A stretch of 64,000 nt of DNA from assembly GCA_963708915.1 (NCBI GenBank), contig CAVPUJ010000001.1, forward strand, positions 864,689 to 928,688, read 5' to 3'. This document shows, in pieces, positions 21,217-30,154 of this stretch. Under the pieces are notes generated by a model. That model was not told the DNA's origin. It worked only from the letters and a program-made list of their open reading frames with translations, and made no database searches. The position numbers and the translations under genes are program-made. Position 1 is the first letter of the stretch. Each line of letters opens with the position of its first letter. The stretch comes from an uncultured Actinomycetota bacterium. GTDB lineage: Bacteria > Actinomycetota > Actinomycetes > Propionibacteriales > Nocardioidaceae.

Positions 21217-24114
21217 TCAGACGGGGACAGTGGCAGCGACCTCCGTGAGCAGGTCGCGCAGGCGGGCGTGCGGCAACGATGCGCCCAGGGTCCACTCGCG
21301 TGTGAACGCCTCGGGTCCGAGCTGCGAGCGCGCCGTCTCCAGGCCGCCGGACAGGTCCGCCTCGACGGGCTCGTCGGTGCCGCTGGGTGACGGAGCGAGC
21401 CGCTGCGCCGCGGCGTACAGCCGGACGGCCTCCGGGGCGCGACCGCGCGCCGCGGCCAGCGACCCGGCGATCCGGTAGCACTGGGCGATGCCGAACCGCT
21501 GCCCGATCTTGTCGGCCGCGTCGAGGGCCCGTAGGAGCGTCGTCGCCGCACCGGCCAGGTCGCCGTCGACCACCGCCGCGCGCGCCAGGGTGATGGTGGC
21601 GTCGCGCGCCTCCATCGGCAGCGCGGGGTGCGCAATGGCGTACGCCTCCTCGGCGTAGGTGCGCGCGGTGGTCGCGTCGGCCTCGTCGAGGGCGATCTCG
21701 GCCAGGCTGCCGAGCACGTCGGCCGTGCGGGCGACGTCGCCGTGCTCGCGGGCCAGGGCCAGGCGGGACAACCGCATCTCCCGCTCGGCGTCGAAGTCGC
21801 CGGCCATGCCGTAGGCGATCGCGAGCACCCCGATGCCCTCGACGACGAGCGGGTAGAGCCCGAGCCGGCTCGCGGCCTCCGCCCCCAGCCGCGCGACCTC
21901 GGTGCCGCGGTCGATCTCGTTGGTGAAGAGGAGCGCGGCCCCGAAGTAGCACCGGCTGGTCGCCACGGTGACCTCGTCGCCCAGTGGTTCCGCGATCGCG
22001 ATGGCCCTCTCGAGCTCGGTCACCGCTTCCTCGTCCTCGTTGAGCTGGTAGGCGAGCAGGCCCGCCTGCGCATGCAGCCGGCCCGCCTCCTGGGACTCAC
22101 CCGCGACGAACCGCAACGCGGCCAGGGTCCGGTTGAGCCCCTGGCGCAGCTCGCCGGACGCCACCCAGAAGGGGCCGCACGCCAGCGTGAGCGCGACGCC
22201 TTCGTCGATGCGTCCCAGCCGCAGGTTGGCCTCGATCGAGGTGTGCACGTCGAGGCCGACGTCGAGGAACCGTCCCAGGGCCAACGGCCCGTCGGCCCGG
22301 TCGAGGTCGTCCTGCCAGCGGGTGACGTGGTCGAGGAGGTAGGTCGCCAGCGCCAGCCGCGCCGGGTCGTTCTCGCGCTGGTCGACGAGCAGCCGCCGGA
22401 CGTACGTGCGGACGGTCACGGGCATCACGAAGCCGATCCGCACCCGGCCGATCAGGGGCCGGATCAGGCCCGCCTCCATGACCTGGGTGAGCAGCTCGAT
22501 GACGTCGCCGACGTCGGCGGCGACGGCCTCGACGGCTTCGAGGGTGAACGCCTGCTCGAAGATCACCAGGCGACGGCACAGCTGGCGCGCGCCCTCGCTG
22601 AGCCGGTCGTGGCTCCAGGCGATGGTCGTGGCCATCGCCCGCTGGCGTTCGGGGACGTCCGGGGCGGTCGTACGAAGCAGCTCGAGCCCGGTCTCCAGGC
22701 TCTCGAGCAGCCCCTCGATGCCGACGAGACGCAGCCGTGCGGCCGCCAGCTCGAGGGCGAGCGGGACCCCGTCGAGCATGCGGCAGACGTCGGCCAGCGC
22801 CTGCTCGTGCCCGGTCACGTCGAGGCCGGGGTCGGCCTGTCGGGCGATCCGCAGGAACATCTGGACGGCGGGGCTCTGCTGGATCTCGCCCGCCGAGGCA
22901 CCGCGGTCCGGGACGTCGAGCGGAGGCACCGCGATGGTCTGCTCGGAGCGACGGCGCAGGGGCACCCGGCTGGTCACGAGCAGTCGCAGGGCGGGCAGCT
23001 CGTCCAGGAGTCGGGCCACGGCCTCGGAGCCCTCGGGGCAGGCGTCGACGTTGTCGAGCACCACGAGCGGGCGCTGGTCGGGCTCGGTGGCCGGGTCGAG
23101 CTCGCCCACGAGGGACTCCACGGCCGCGACCACGTCGTCGGCCGTCTCGCGCTCGGTGACGAGGTGGAAGTGGACGTCGCGGCCGGTGCCGTCGCGCCAC
23201 CTGGCCGCCGCGACGGTCGCCGCCCGGGTCTTGCCGCTGCCCCCGAGACCGATCAGCGTCACCAGACGGGCGTCCGGGTCGTCGAGGCTGCGCACGATGG
23301 AGTCGATGAGCTCGTCGCGGCCGAACGTGGGCGTACCCGGCACGGGCAGGCGTGCCGCTTCGCGGGGTACCGCCTGGTCCGCGAGCTCGGGGTCGCGGCG
23401 TCCCGCGTCGTCCTTGAGGATGGCGGCCTCGATGCGCTGGAGCGCCTCGCCGGGCTCGATGCCGAGCTCGTCGGCCAGGACGGCGCGCGCCTCGGCGTAC
23501 ACCTCGAGGGCCTCCTGGCTGCGGTGCTGGAGGTGCAGGGCGGTCATCAGCTGCGCCCACAGCCGTTCGCGGGTCGGGTGCTCGGCGGCGGCAGCGCGCA
23601 GCTCCTCGACCGCCTCCGCGTGGCGGCCCAGCCGGAGCAGCTGCTCGAAGCGTTCCTCGAGCGCGCCGATCCTGGCCTGCCCGAGGCGCTCGACCGCCTC
23701 GCGGGCGAACGGCACGTCCTCGACCCCGGAGAGGACGGGTCCGCGCCACATCGCCAGGGCTCGGTCCAACGCCTCGAGGGCCACGTCCGGAGGTTGCTCC
23801 CGCGCGTCGGCGACCAGCCGCTCGAACTCGACGGCGTCCACGTCCGCGGGCTCGACGACCAGACGCAGTCCTGCGTCCGAGCTCTCGAGGGCCGGCCCCG
23901 TGCTGTCGGCGCGGACCCGGTCGACCAACGCCTCCAAGGCCGCCCCCGGGGCCACCAACCCGCCCCAGAGCCCGGCGGCGACCGTCTCGAGGACGACGGT
24001 GTCGCCCGGGGTCAGCGCCAGCAGCGCGACCAGGGCGCGCTCCCGCTTGCCGCTCGGGGTCCGGACGGCGCCGTCGACGACCACCTCGACGGGACCCAGC
24101 AGCCGAACCAGCAC
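21217..24114 (-). CDS. AfsR/SARP-type regulator: winged HTH + BTAD + NB-ARC-like ATPase + TPR-like repeats
   Basis: RLLGPVEV N-terminus; HPTRERLWAQLMTAL...LADELGIEPG (BTAD); Walker A GLGGSGKT; VVLDN; LDGVPLALELAAAR; -10 TACGCT 7 nt before GTG. Confidence 0.92.
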   Translation of the reverse strand: MLVRLLGPVEVVVDGAVRTPSGKRERALVALLALTPGDTVVLETVAAGLWGGLVAPGAALEALVDRVRADSTGPALESSDAGLRLVVEPADVDAVEFERLVADAREQPPDVALEALDRALAMWRGPVLSGVEDVPFAREAVERLGQARIGALEERFEQLLRLGRHAEAVEELRAAAAEHPTRERLWAQLMTALHLQHRSQEALEVYAEARAVLADELGIEPGEALQRIEAAILKDDAGRRDPELADQAVPREAARLPVPGTPTFGRDELIDSIVRSLDDPDARLVTLIGLGGSGKTRAATVAAARWRDGTGRDVHFHLVTERETADDVVAAVESLVGELDPATEPDQRPLVVLDNVDACPEGSEAVARLLDELPALRLLVTSRVPLRRRSEQTIAVPPLDVPDRGASAGEIQQSPAVQMFLRIARQADPGLDVTGHEQALADVCRMLDGVPLALELAAARLRLVGIEGLLESLETGLELLRTTAPDVPERQRAMATTIAWSHDRLSEGARQLCRRLVIFEQAFTLEAVEAVAADVGDVIELLTQVMEAGLIRPLIGRVRIGFVMPVTVRTYVRRLLVDQRENDPARLALATYLLDHVTRWQDDLDRADGPLALGRFLDVGLDVHTSIEANLRLGRIDEGVALTLACGPFWVASGELRQGLNRTLAALRFVAGESQEAGRLHAQAGLLAYQLNEDEEAVTELERAIAIAEPLGDEVTVATSRCYFGAALLFTNEIDRGTEVARLGAEAASRLGLYPLVVEGIGVLAIAYGMAGDFDAEREMRLSRLALAREHGDVARTADVLGSLAEIALDEADATTARTYAEEAYAIAHPALPMEARDATITLARAAVVDGDLAGAATTLLRALDAADKIGQRFGIAQCYRIAGSLAAARGRAPEAVRLYAAAQRLAPSPSGTDEPVEADLSGGLETARSQLGPEAFTREWTLGASLPHARLRDLLTEVAATVPV

Positions 24115-24141
24115 GGCGCTCAGCGTAGGGCCGCCGGGGCT

Positions 24142-24206
24142 GGGTAGTCCCGTGCGTTTGGCCGGTCGATCGGCCCGTACGACCGGCCGAATGCACGGGA
24201 GTACCC
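24142..24206. repeat. Long imperfect palindrome (REP-like or terminator) between SpoIIM-like gene and SARP regulator
   Basis: GGGTAGTCCCGTGCGTTTGGCCGGTCG ... CGACCGGCCGAATGCACGGGAGTACCC. Confidence 0.7.
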
Positions 24207-24211
24207 CGCGG

Positions 24212-25207
24212 TCAGCCTTGGGAAGCGACCCGGTCCTCGAGGAGCGAGGCGTCGACGTCGCCGGTCTCGCCGCGGAGGTACGCCGCCCGGCCGAGCACGA
24301 ACACGTAGGCGAAGAACGCCGTCTCGGCCAGGATGCCGATGCCGACGCGCGCCCAGGTGGGCAGCCCGGACGGCGTCACGAAGGCCTCGATCACGCCGCT
24401 GACGAGCAGCACGGCGACGAGGCCGAGCGCCACGGTGCCGGCGGTCCGGCCCTCGCGGGCGATCGCCTGCGGGCGGGACCGGTCGCCGGGCTCGACCCAC
24501 GACCAGAACAGCCGCAACCCCACGCCACCGGCCACGAAGACGGCGGTCAGCTCGAGCAGGCCGTGCGGCAGGATCAGGCCCCAGAACAGCTCGCCGCGGT
24601 CGTGCCGCATCATGATCGAGCCGATGATCGCCAGGTTGGCGATGTTGTCGAAGAGCACCTTCACCAGCGGCAGGCCGAGGATGCCGAGGCCCAGGCAGAG
24701 CGCGGTCACCCACGCGTTGTTGACCCAGACCTGGGCGGCGAAGTGGCTGGCGGCGTACTCGCTGTAGTAGCCCTCGAAGTCGTTGCCGACGAGCTGGTCC
24801 ACCTGGTCGGTCGAGAGCAGGCTCTGCTCGACGGCGGGGTGGTCGAGCAGCCACCACATCATCACCGCCGCGACCACCACGTTGGCGGCCATGCAGCCCA
24901 GCCACCAGAACCGCAGGCGGTACAGCGCCGCCGGGAAGCGGTCGGTGAAGAAGTGCGCGACCCCCCGCCAGCTGCTCACTCGCGCGCCGACCGACTTGTT
25001 GCGGGCGCGTGCGAGCAGCGACGACAGGTGCGCGACCAGCGTCGGGTCCGGCGCGGCCGAGCGCAGCACGGACAGGTGGGTGGCGACCTGCTGGTAGCGC
25101 TCCACCAGCTCGTCGGCCTCGTCGCCGTCCAGCCGTCGCCGGCCGATCAGCTCCTCGAGCCTGGACCAGTCCGCGTGGTGCGCCAGCACGTACGCGTCCA
25201 GGTCCAC
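24212..25207 (-). CDS. Stage II sporulation protein M (DUF95) family membrane protein
   Basis: VDLDAYVLAHHADWSRLEEL...VWVNNAWV...ILPHGLLELTA...VSGVIEAFVTP. Confidence 0.92.
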   Translation of the reverse strand: MDLDAYVLAHHADWSRLEELIGRRRLDGDEADELVERYQQVATHLSVLRSAAPDPTLVAHLSSLLARARNKSVGARVSSWRGVAHFFTDRFPAALYRLRFWWLGCMAANVVVAAVMMWWLLDHPAVEQSLLSTDQVDQLVGNDFEGYYSEYAASHFAAQVWVNNAWVTALCLGLGILGLPLVKVLFDNIANLAIIGSIMMRHDRGELFWGLILPHGLLELTAVFVAGGVGLRLFWSWVEPGDRSRPQAIAREGRTAGTVALGLVAVLLVSGVIEAFVTPSGLPTWARVGIGILAETAFFAYVFVLGRAAYLRGETGDVDASLLEDRVASQG

Positions 25208-25212
25208 GCTCG

Positions 25213-25226
25213 GAAGCCTAGGCTTC
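25213..25226. promoter_or_regulatory. Palindromic bidirectional -10 element for two divergent leaderless genes
   Basis: GAAGCCTAGGCTTC gives TAGGCT on both strands, each 7 nt from a start codon (25207 and 25232). Confidence 0.7.
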
Positions 25227-25231
25227 GCGTG

Positions 25232-26044
25232 ATGGCCGCGCCCGAGTTCTCGACACTCACCGCCGACGACCTCGTCACCGGCGAGGCCGTCGCGCTCGAC
25301 CTGCCACCGGCGAGCCTCGGAGTACGGCTCGCGTCGGGTCTCATCGACGTCACGGTGACGCTGGCGCTGCTCGTCGTGGTGATCATGACCTTCCTGATCG
25401 CTGCCCTGCCGACCGACGACGCGCTCGCCCACGTGGCTCTCGTCGGCACCCTCGTCGTGGTCTTCCTCGTCTTCCCGACGACGTCCGAGACCCTCAGCCG
25501 CGGCAAGTCGCTGGGCAAGTGGGCCTTCGGCCTGCGCGCGGTGCGCGACGACGCCGGGCCGATCAGCTTCCAGCACGCGTTCGTCCGTGCCCTCGTCGGC
25601 GTGGTCGAGATCTACCTGTTCCTGGGCTCGCCGGCGTTCTTCTCGATGCTCCTGAGCTCACGCGGGAAGCGTCTCGGCGACTATGCCGCGGGCACGTACG
25701 TCGTGCGCGAGCGCATCCGGTTGAAGCTCGCGCCCCCACCCCCGATGCCGATCGAGCTCGCGTCGTGGGCGCGCGCCGCCGACGTGGCCGGGCTGCCGAC
25801 CGGCCTGGCGCTCGCGGTGCGCCAGTACCTGCAGCGCTCGCCCGGACTCGACCCGGCCCACCGGGTCTCGGTCGGCAACACCCTCGCGCAGCAGGTCTCG
25901 TCGTACGTCGCCCCACCACCGCCCGCGAACACCCCACCCGAGGCGTTCCTCGCGGCCGTCATCGCCACCCGCCGCGAACGCGACGAGGCCCGGCTCGGCC
26001 GCGAGCGGGCGTTCCGCGAACGGCTCACGGCCCGTCGCGGCTAG
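25232..26044 (+). CDS. RDD family membrane protein
   Basis: LVTGEAVALDLPPASLGVRLASGLID...GKSLGKWAFGLRAVRDDAGP...KRLGDYAAGTYVV. Confidence 0.93.
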   Translation: MAAPEFSTLTADDLVTGEAVALDLPPASLGVRLASGLIDVTVTLALLVVVIMTFLIAALPTDDALAHVALVGTLVVVFLVFPTTSETLSRGKSLGKWAFGLRAVRDDAGPISFQHAFVRALVGVVEIYLFLGSPAFFSMLLSSRGKRLGDYAAGTYVVRERIRLKLAPPPPMPIELASWARAADVAGLPTGLALAVRQYLQRSPGLDPAHRVSVGNTLAQQVSSYVAPPPPANTPPEAFLAAVIATRRERDEARLGRERAFRERLTARRG

Positions 26045-26220
26045 CGAAACGCCTCCTCGGCCCAGCTGGCGACGAACCCGGGCCGCTCGATGTCGGTGTA
26101 CTGGCTGACGCGGTAGAGGTCGGGCGTCCCGATCCGCCAGGCCAGGACGCGGTGGGTGCCGTCCGTCGACGAGGCACCGAACAGCAGGAAGGCACGACGG
26201 TCGCGGTCACCGGCCCGAGT
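26041..26220 (-). pseudogene. Start-less C-terminal gene remnant (59 codons)
   Basis: After the TetR stop, same frame: ...DRRAFLLFGASSTDGTHRVLAWRIGTPDLYRVSQYTDIERPGFVASWAEEAFR*; mostly G/C-ending codons; no start codon. Confidence 0.5.
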
Positions 26221-26814
26221 TCATGGAGCCAGCAGCCGCTCGACCGCGTCGAGCAGCGTCCGGGTCTCCCGCTTCGCGGTGAACGCATCGTCGCCGGCCA
26301 GCCGACCGAGGAAGCCGTCGAGCAGCAGCATCAGCCACTCGGTCAGCCGCGGAGCCGAGAGGTCCTTCCGTACCTGGCCGGCGGCCTGGGCCTTGCGCAC
26401 CCACGGCAGCAACCCGCCGCGGAGGGTTCGCTCGTCCGCGGCCAGCGCCGCCGCGATCCTCGGCTCGGTCATCACGGCCCCGACGGCGCGCACGAAGCCG
26501 GGCACCCGGGGATCGGCCGACTCGGCGGCGGCATGGACGACGTACTCGCGCAGCACCGCGACGGCGTCCGGGCGACCGCGCCGCTCGGCGAACCACTCCT
26601 CGGTCTCGCCGGTGCCCAGCTCGAGGGTGGCGACCAGCAGGTCGGCCTTCGTCGGGAAGTAGTGGAAGAACGTGCCCGACCCGATGCCGGCCTCGCGACA
26701 GATCAGCGCCGTGGTCGCTCCGTCGTAGCCGTGGGCGGCGAAGCAGGTGAGTCCGGCGTCGATGATCTGGAGCCGTCGGGCGGCGTGCTTCGCGGGGTCG
26801 ACGGTCCGGGCCAC
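26221..26814 (-). CDS. TetR/AcrR family transcriptional regulator
   Basis: VARTVDPAKHAARRLQIIDAGLTCFAAHGYDGATTALICREAGIGSGTFFHYFPTKADL. Confidence 0.95.
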   Translation of the reverse strand: MARTVDPAKHAARRLQIIDAGLTCFAAHGYDGATTALICREAGIGSGTFFHYFPTKADLLVATLELGTGETEEWFAERRGRPDAVAVLREYVVHAAAESADPRVPGFVRAVGAVMTEPRIAAALAADERTLRGGLLPWVRKAQAAGQVRKDLSAPRLTEWLMLLLDGFLGRLAGDDAFTAKRETRTLLDAVERLLAP

Positions 26815-27494
26815 GCTGCATTCTCCTTCCCCACCTCGTCGGCCGCCTCCCGACGGCGGCGTCGTCTCACCTCGGCGACGGCGACGCCGATCGCGACGAG
26901 GATCGGGAACCAGTACTTCTTGCTGGCCAGCACCGCGGCCAGCCAACCGGGCAGCGACCAGTCCGGCAGGTCGAGGTCCGGCCACGGGATGTCGGGCAGG
27001 TCCGGGAGGTTCGGTCGCGGGATGCGCGGCAGGTGCCAGTCGGGCAGCCAGGCCCAGTCGAGGTCGAGGACGAACCCGAGGGCGATCCGCGCCAGCAGCA
27101 GTCCGCCGACCACCTGAGCGCTCGCCACCACCACGTGGCGCGCGGCGTACACCTGAGGGTGTCGTTGCGCCCAGAGGTACCGGCGGTGCGCACGGGTGCC
27201 GGCGGGTGGCTCGAACTCGATGCGCTCGGGTCGGGAGGTGGGGGCGCCGGACGCGGCGGGTACGACGAGCCGGACCGTCGCGCGGCCCGGTCGCGGCGCG
27301 ACCACCACCACGGCCGCCTTCTCGAGTCCGGCTCCGAGGTCCTCGACCGGGACGCGGACGACGGGCCAGCCCTGTCGCTCGGCGACCTCGACGCCGTCGA
27401 CCTCCAAGGCCACCGAGGTGCGCAGGTCGACCCTCGTCACCCGGGCGACGAGTCGGTGCCCGCCGACGTCGAGGACGTGGGTCTCGGTGGCCAT
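26703..27494 (-). CDS. Hypothetical membrane protein co-transcribed with tetR
   Basis: 263 aa; two hydrophobic segments around an LP-D/W repeat (WLPDWHLPRIPRPNLPDLPDIPWPDLDLPDWSLPGW); TATTAT -10 6 nt before ATG. Confidence 0.7.
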   Translation of the reverse strand: MATETHVLDVGGHRLVARVTRVDLRTSVALEVDGVEVAERQGWPVVRVPVEDLGAGLEKAAVVVVAPRPGRATVRLVVPAASGAPTSRPERIEFEPPAGTRAHRRYLWAQRHPQVYAARHVVVASAQVVGGLLLARIALGFVLDLDWAWLPDWHLPRIPRPNLPDLPDIPWPDLDLPDWSLPGWLAAVLASKKYWFPILVAIGVAVAEVRRRRRREAADEVGKENAAWPGPSTPRSTPPDGSRSSTPDSPASPPTATTERPRR

Positions 27495-27500
27495 CCAGCA

Positions 27501-27521
27501 ATAATAGAGTAGTCACTCTAT
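27501..27521 (-). promoter_or_regulatory. Probable TetR operator overlapping a leaderless -10
   Basis: Inverted repeat ATAGAGT-N4-ACTCTAT (27504-27521) overlapping TATTAT (27501-27506). Confidence 0.75.
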
Positions 27522-27582
27522 GAATACCACTCGGCGCCTGCGGTGGTGGTGGCTCTGCGTACCGTGGCCCTAGGGTCCGCTC

Positions 27583-28926
27583 ATGATCGATCGCGGACGA
27601 CTGGCCGACCTCCTCCTCGCCGAGGATCGCCGCTTCACCGACAGCCACCCCCGCTCCGCCGCTCTCGCCGAGCGTGCCCAGGGGTCGTTGCTGGCCGGAG
27701 TACCGATGCCGTGGATGACGCGCTGGGCCGGCTCGTTCCCCTTGTTCGTGGAGTCGGCCAGCGGTGCGCGGTTCACCGACGTCGACGGGATCGAGTACGT
27801 CGACCTGTGCCTCGGCGACACGGGGGCGATGACCGGCCACGCGCTCCCCCAGGTCTCCGCCGCCATCGCCGAACGGGCGACCAGGGGCATCACCACGATG
27901 CTGCCGTCCGAGGACGCGATCTGGGTCGCCGACGAGCTGGGTCGTCGGTTCGGGCTGCCGCGCTGGCAGTTCGCGATGACCGCGACCGACGCCAACCGGT
28001 TCGTGCTGCGGTTCGCCCGGCACCTGACCGGGAGGCCGAGGATCGCGGTGTTCGACTGGTGCTACCACGGGACCGTCGACGAGACGCTGGCCGTGCTCGA
28101 GGACGGCCAGGTGATCCCACGCCCTGGGGCGATGGGCCCTCAGGTCGACGTGAACGTGACCACGGCCGTGGTGCCGTTCAACGACCTCGAGGCTCTCGAC
28201 CGACGGCTCGCCGAGGGTGACGTGGCCTGCCTGCTGATGGAGCCGGCGCTGACCAACATCGGCATCGTGCTCCCGGACGAGGGCTACTCCGAGGCGGTCC
28301 GCGAGATCACCCGCAAGCACGACGTGCTGCTGGTCATCGACGAGACGCACACGCTGTGCGCCGGCCCCGGTGGCGCGACGCGGGCGTGGGGACTCGAGCC
28401 CGACCTGCTGGTCGTCGGCAAGCCGATCGCCGGCGGCGTGCCGCTCGCGGCGTACGGCATGACCCAGGAGGTGGCCGACAGGCTCACCCCGCTCATGCTC
28501 ACGGCCGAGGCGGACGTCTCGGGCGTCGGTGGCACGCTGACCGCCAACGCGATGGCGCTCTCGGCCGCCCGGGCGGCGCTCTCCTCGGCACTGCGCGAGG
28601 AGGACTTCGCCGTGGCGATCCCGCTCGCGGAGCGGTTCACCGACGGCGTGCAGGCCGTCATCGACCGGCACGGGCTGCCGTGGAACGTCCAACGCCTCGG
28701 CTGCCGGGCGGAGTACTGGTTCTGCCCGCCGCCCCGCGACGGCGCCGCCGCGGCGGCCGCCGTGGACGAGGAGCTCGAGCGGCTGATGCACCTGTGGGCC
28801 CTCAACCGCGGGGTGCTGCTCACCCCGTTCCACAACATGGCGCTGTTCTCCCCCGCCCACTCCGAGGCCGACGTCGACCGGCACACCGAGGTGTTCGGGG
28901 CGGCGGTCGACGCGCTGCTCTCCTAG
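27583..28926 (+). CDS. Class III PLP-dependent aminotransferase (GSA-aminomutase-like)
   Basis: FTDVDGIEYVDLCLGD, LLMEPALTNIG, LLVIDETHT, PLP lysine in VVGKPIAGG. Confidence 0.9.
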   Translation: MIDRGRLADLLLAEDRRFTDSHPRSAALAERAQGSLLAGVPMPWMTRWAGSFPLFVESASGARFTDVDGIEYVDLCLGDTGAMTGHALPQVSAAIAERATRGITTMLPSEDAIWVADELGRRFGLPRWQFAMTATDANRFVLRFARHLTGRPRIAVFDWCYHGTVDETLAVLEDGQVIPRPGAMGPQVDVNVTTAVVPFNDLEALDRRLAEGDVACLLMEPALTNIGIVLPDEGYSEAVREITRKHDVLLVIDETHTLCAGPGGATRAWGLEPDLLVVGKPIAGGVPLAAYGMTQEVADRLTPLMLTAEADVSGVGGTLTANAMALSAARAALSSALREEDFAVAIPLAERFTDGVQAVIDRHGLPWNVQRLGCRAEYWFCPPPRDGAAAAAAVDEELERLMHLWALNRGVLLTPFHNMALFSPAHSEADVDRHTEVFGAAVDALLS

Positions 28927-28934
28927 ACCCGCCC

Positions 28935-29000
28935 GAACCCGGATTCGTCTGCGGATTGCTGCGACTTTCTCCGCTGGGACCTGCAGACGAATCGGTGTTC
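28935..29000. terminator. Inverted repeat between convergent genes (bidirectional terminator or REP-like)
   Basis: GATTCGTCTGC (28942-28952) / GCAGACGAATC (28983-28993). Confidence 0.6.
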
Positions 29001-29733
29001 AGACGCGCACGTACGTCAGGTCGGTGATCAGCCGGCCGGCGGCGAGGCCCTTGCGCTCGAACCTGGTGACCGGCCGCTCGTCCCACCGCGGCACCACCCC
29101 ACCCGACAGCAGCGGCTCCGCGTCGAGCACCTCGACCATCTGCTCGGCGTAGTCGGACCAGTCGGTGGCCAGTCGCCACCGGGCGCCCGGGGCGAGCCTC
29201 GTCGCCGCCAGCGCCGCGAACTCCGGGTTCACCAGCCGGCGCTTGTGGTGCTTCTTCTTGTGCCAGGGGTCGGGGAAGAACGTCCAGAGCTCGGCCACGT
29301 CTCCCTCGTGGAGCAGGTGCTGCATCGACCAGACCGCGTCGACCGAGCAGAACCGCACGTTGGTCGCGCCGCTCTCGGCCACCCGCGCCAGCGCGTCGGC
29401 GGTGCCGGGCCGCCAGACCTCGAGGGCCAGCACGTCCGACGCCGCCCGGGCCGGCGCGAGAGCCGCGGTGGCCTCACCGATGCCCGAGCCGATCTCGACG
29501 ACGAGCGGCGCCTCGCGCCCGAACCAGCTCGACCACGAGAACGCCGGGTCGTCGACCGCCTCGTCCGGGACCACCCACCGGTCGTGGTGGGCCTCCCACG
29601 CCTCCCGCTGCCGAGGCGTGAACCGGCTGCCGCGGCGGGCGTACGTCAGCACCTCCCGCATCCGGCGCCCGTCGTCGGTCAGCCGCTGGTGCGGCCGCGC
29701 CGGGCGGACGCGGGCGGCCTCGTCGTCAGGCAT
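28999..29733 (-). CDS. trmB: tRNA (guanine-N7)-methyltransferase
   Basis: LVVEIGSGIGEAT; FFPDPWHKKKHHKRRLV; LATDW; TRFERKG. Confidence 0.96.
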   Translation of the reverse strand: MPDDEAARVRPARPHQRLTDDGRRMREVLTYARRGSRFTPRQREAWEAHHDRWVVPDEAVDDPAFSWSSWFGREAPLVVEIGSGIGEATAALAPARAASDVLALEVWRPGTADALARVAESGATNVRFCSVDAVWSMQHLLHEGDVAELWTFFPDPWHKKKHHKRRLVNPEFAALAATRLAPGARWRLATDWSDYAEQMVEVLDAEPLLSGGVVPRWDERPVTRFERKGLAAGRLITDLTYVRV

Positions 29734-30115
29734 CCGGCAGGTCGTGGACCAGGTCGTAGTGGTGCTGACCGTCGCGGATCTCGAGCTCCAGCCGCCCGGA
29801 GATGCCGGCGAAGCCACCCGTCCCGGACCCCGGCGTGACCAGGTACGTGATCGACTGGTCGCCGCCGCTCATCGTGCCGAGCTGCTGCATCGCGAAGGTC
29901 CCGGTGCGCTCGCCGATCGTCAGGTCGGCGACCTCGAGCACGACGTACCCGGCCTCACCCGTCGCCGGGTCGCCCGCCGACAGCATGATGCCCGCCCCGG
30001 TGCCGACCGCGTCCCCGGCGTAGGTCTTCTCGAGGGCGAACCGGCCGACCATCGGCAGGCCGCTCTCCTCGGGGGTCAGCGTGACGGCGAAGGTTCCCCG
30101 GGCATGCTCGGTCAT
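29726..30115 (-). CDS. DUF3224 family protein
   Basis: ARGTFAV...EKTYAGD...GTFAMQQLGTM...VTPGSGTGGFAGISG...HHYDL. Confidence 0.85.
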   Translation of the reverse strand: MTEHARGTFAVTLTPEESGLPMVGRFALEKTYAGDAVGTGAGIMLSAGDPATGEAGYVVLEVADLTIGERTGTFAMQQLGTMSGGDQSITYLVTPGSGTGGFAGISGRLELEIRDGQHHYDLVHDLPDA

Positions 30116-30154
30116 GCGCCCCATCCTTCCAGCGACGCCCACTAACGTCGGCGC

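Noticed and set aside
24212-25207. Sporulation function implied by the SpoIIM name
   Set aside because: This family occurs with RDD/DUF58/MoxR genes in non-sporulating bacteria; context points to the MoxR system.
26221-26223. Selenocysteine or programmed readthrough at the tetR TGA
   Set aside because: TetR is already full length, no SECIS-like hairpin is evident and the context is not redox-related; a gene remnant is simpler.
26221-28884. 887-aa ORF suggesting a large TetR fusion
   Set aside because: Only the last 197 aa are TetR; the rest is antisense to the aminotransferase and out of frame with the membrane gene. A start at GTG 26814 has GGAG upstream.
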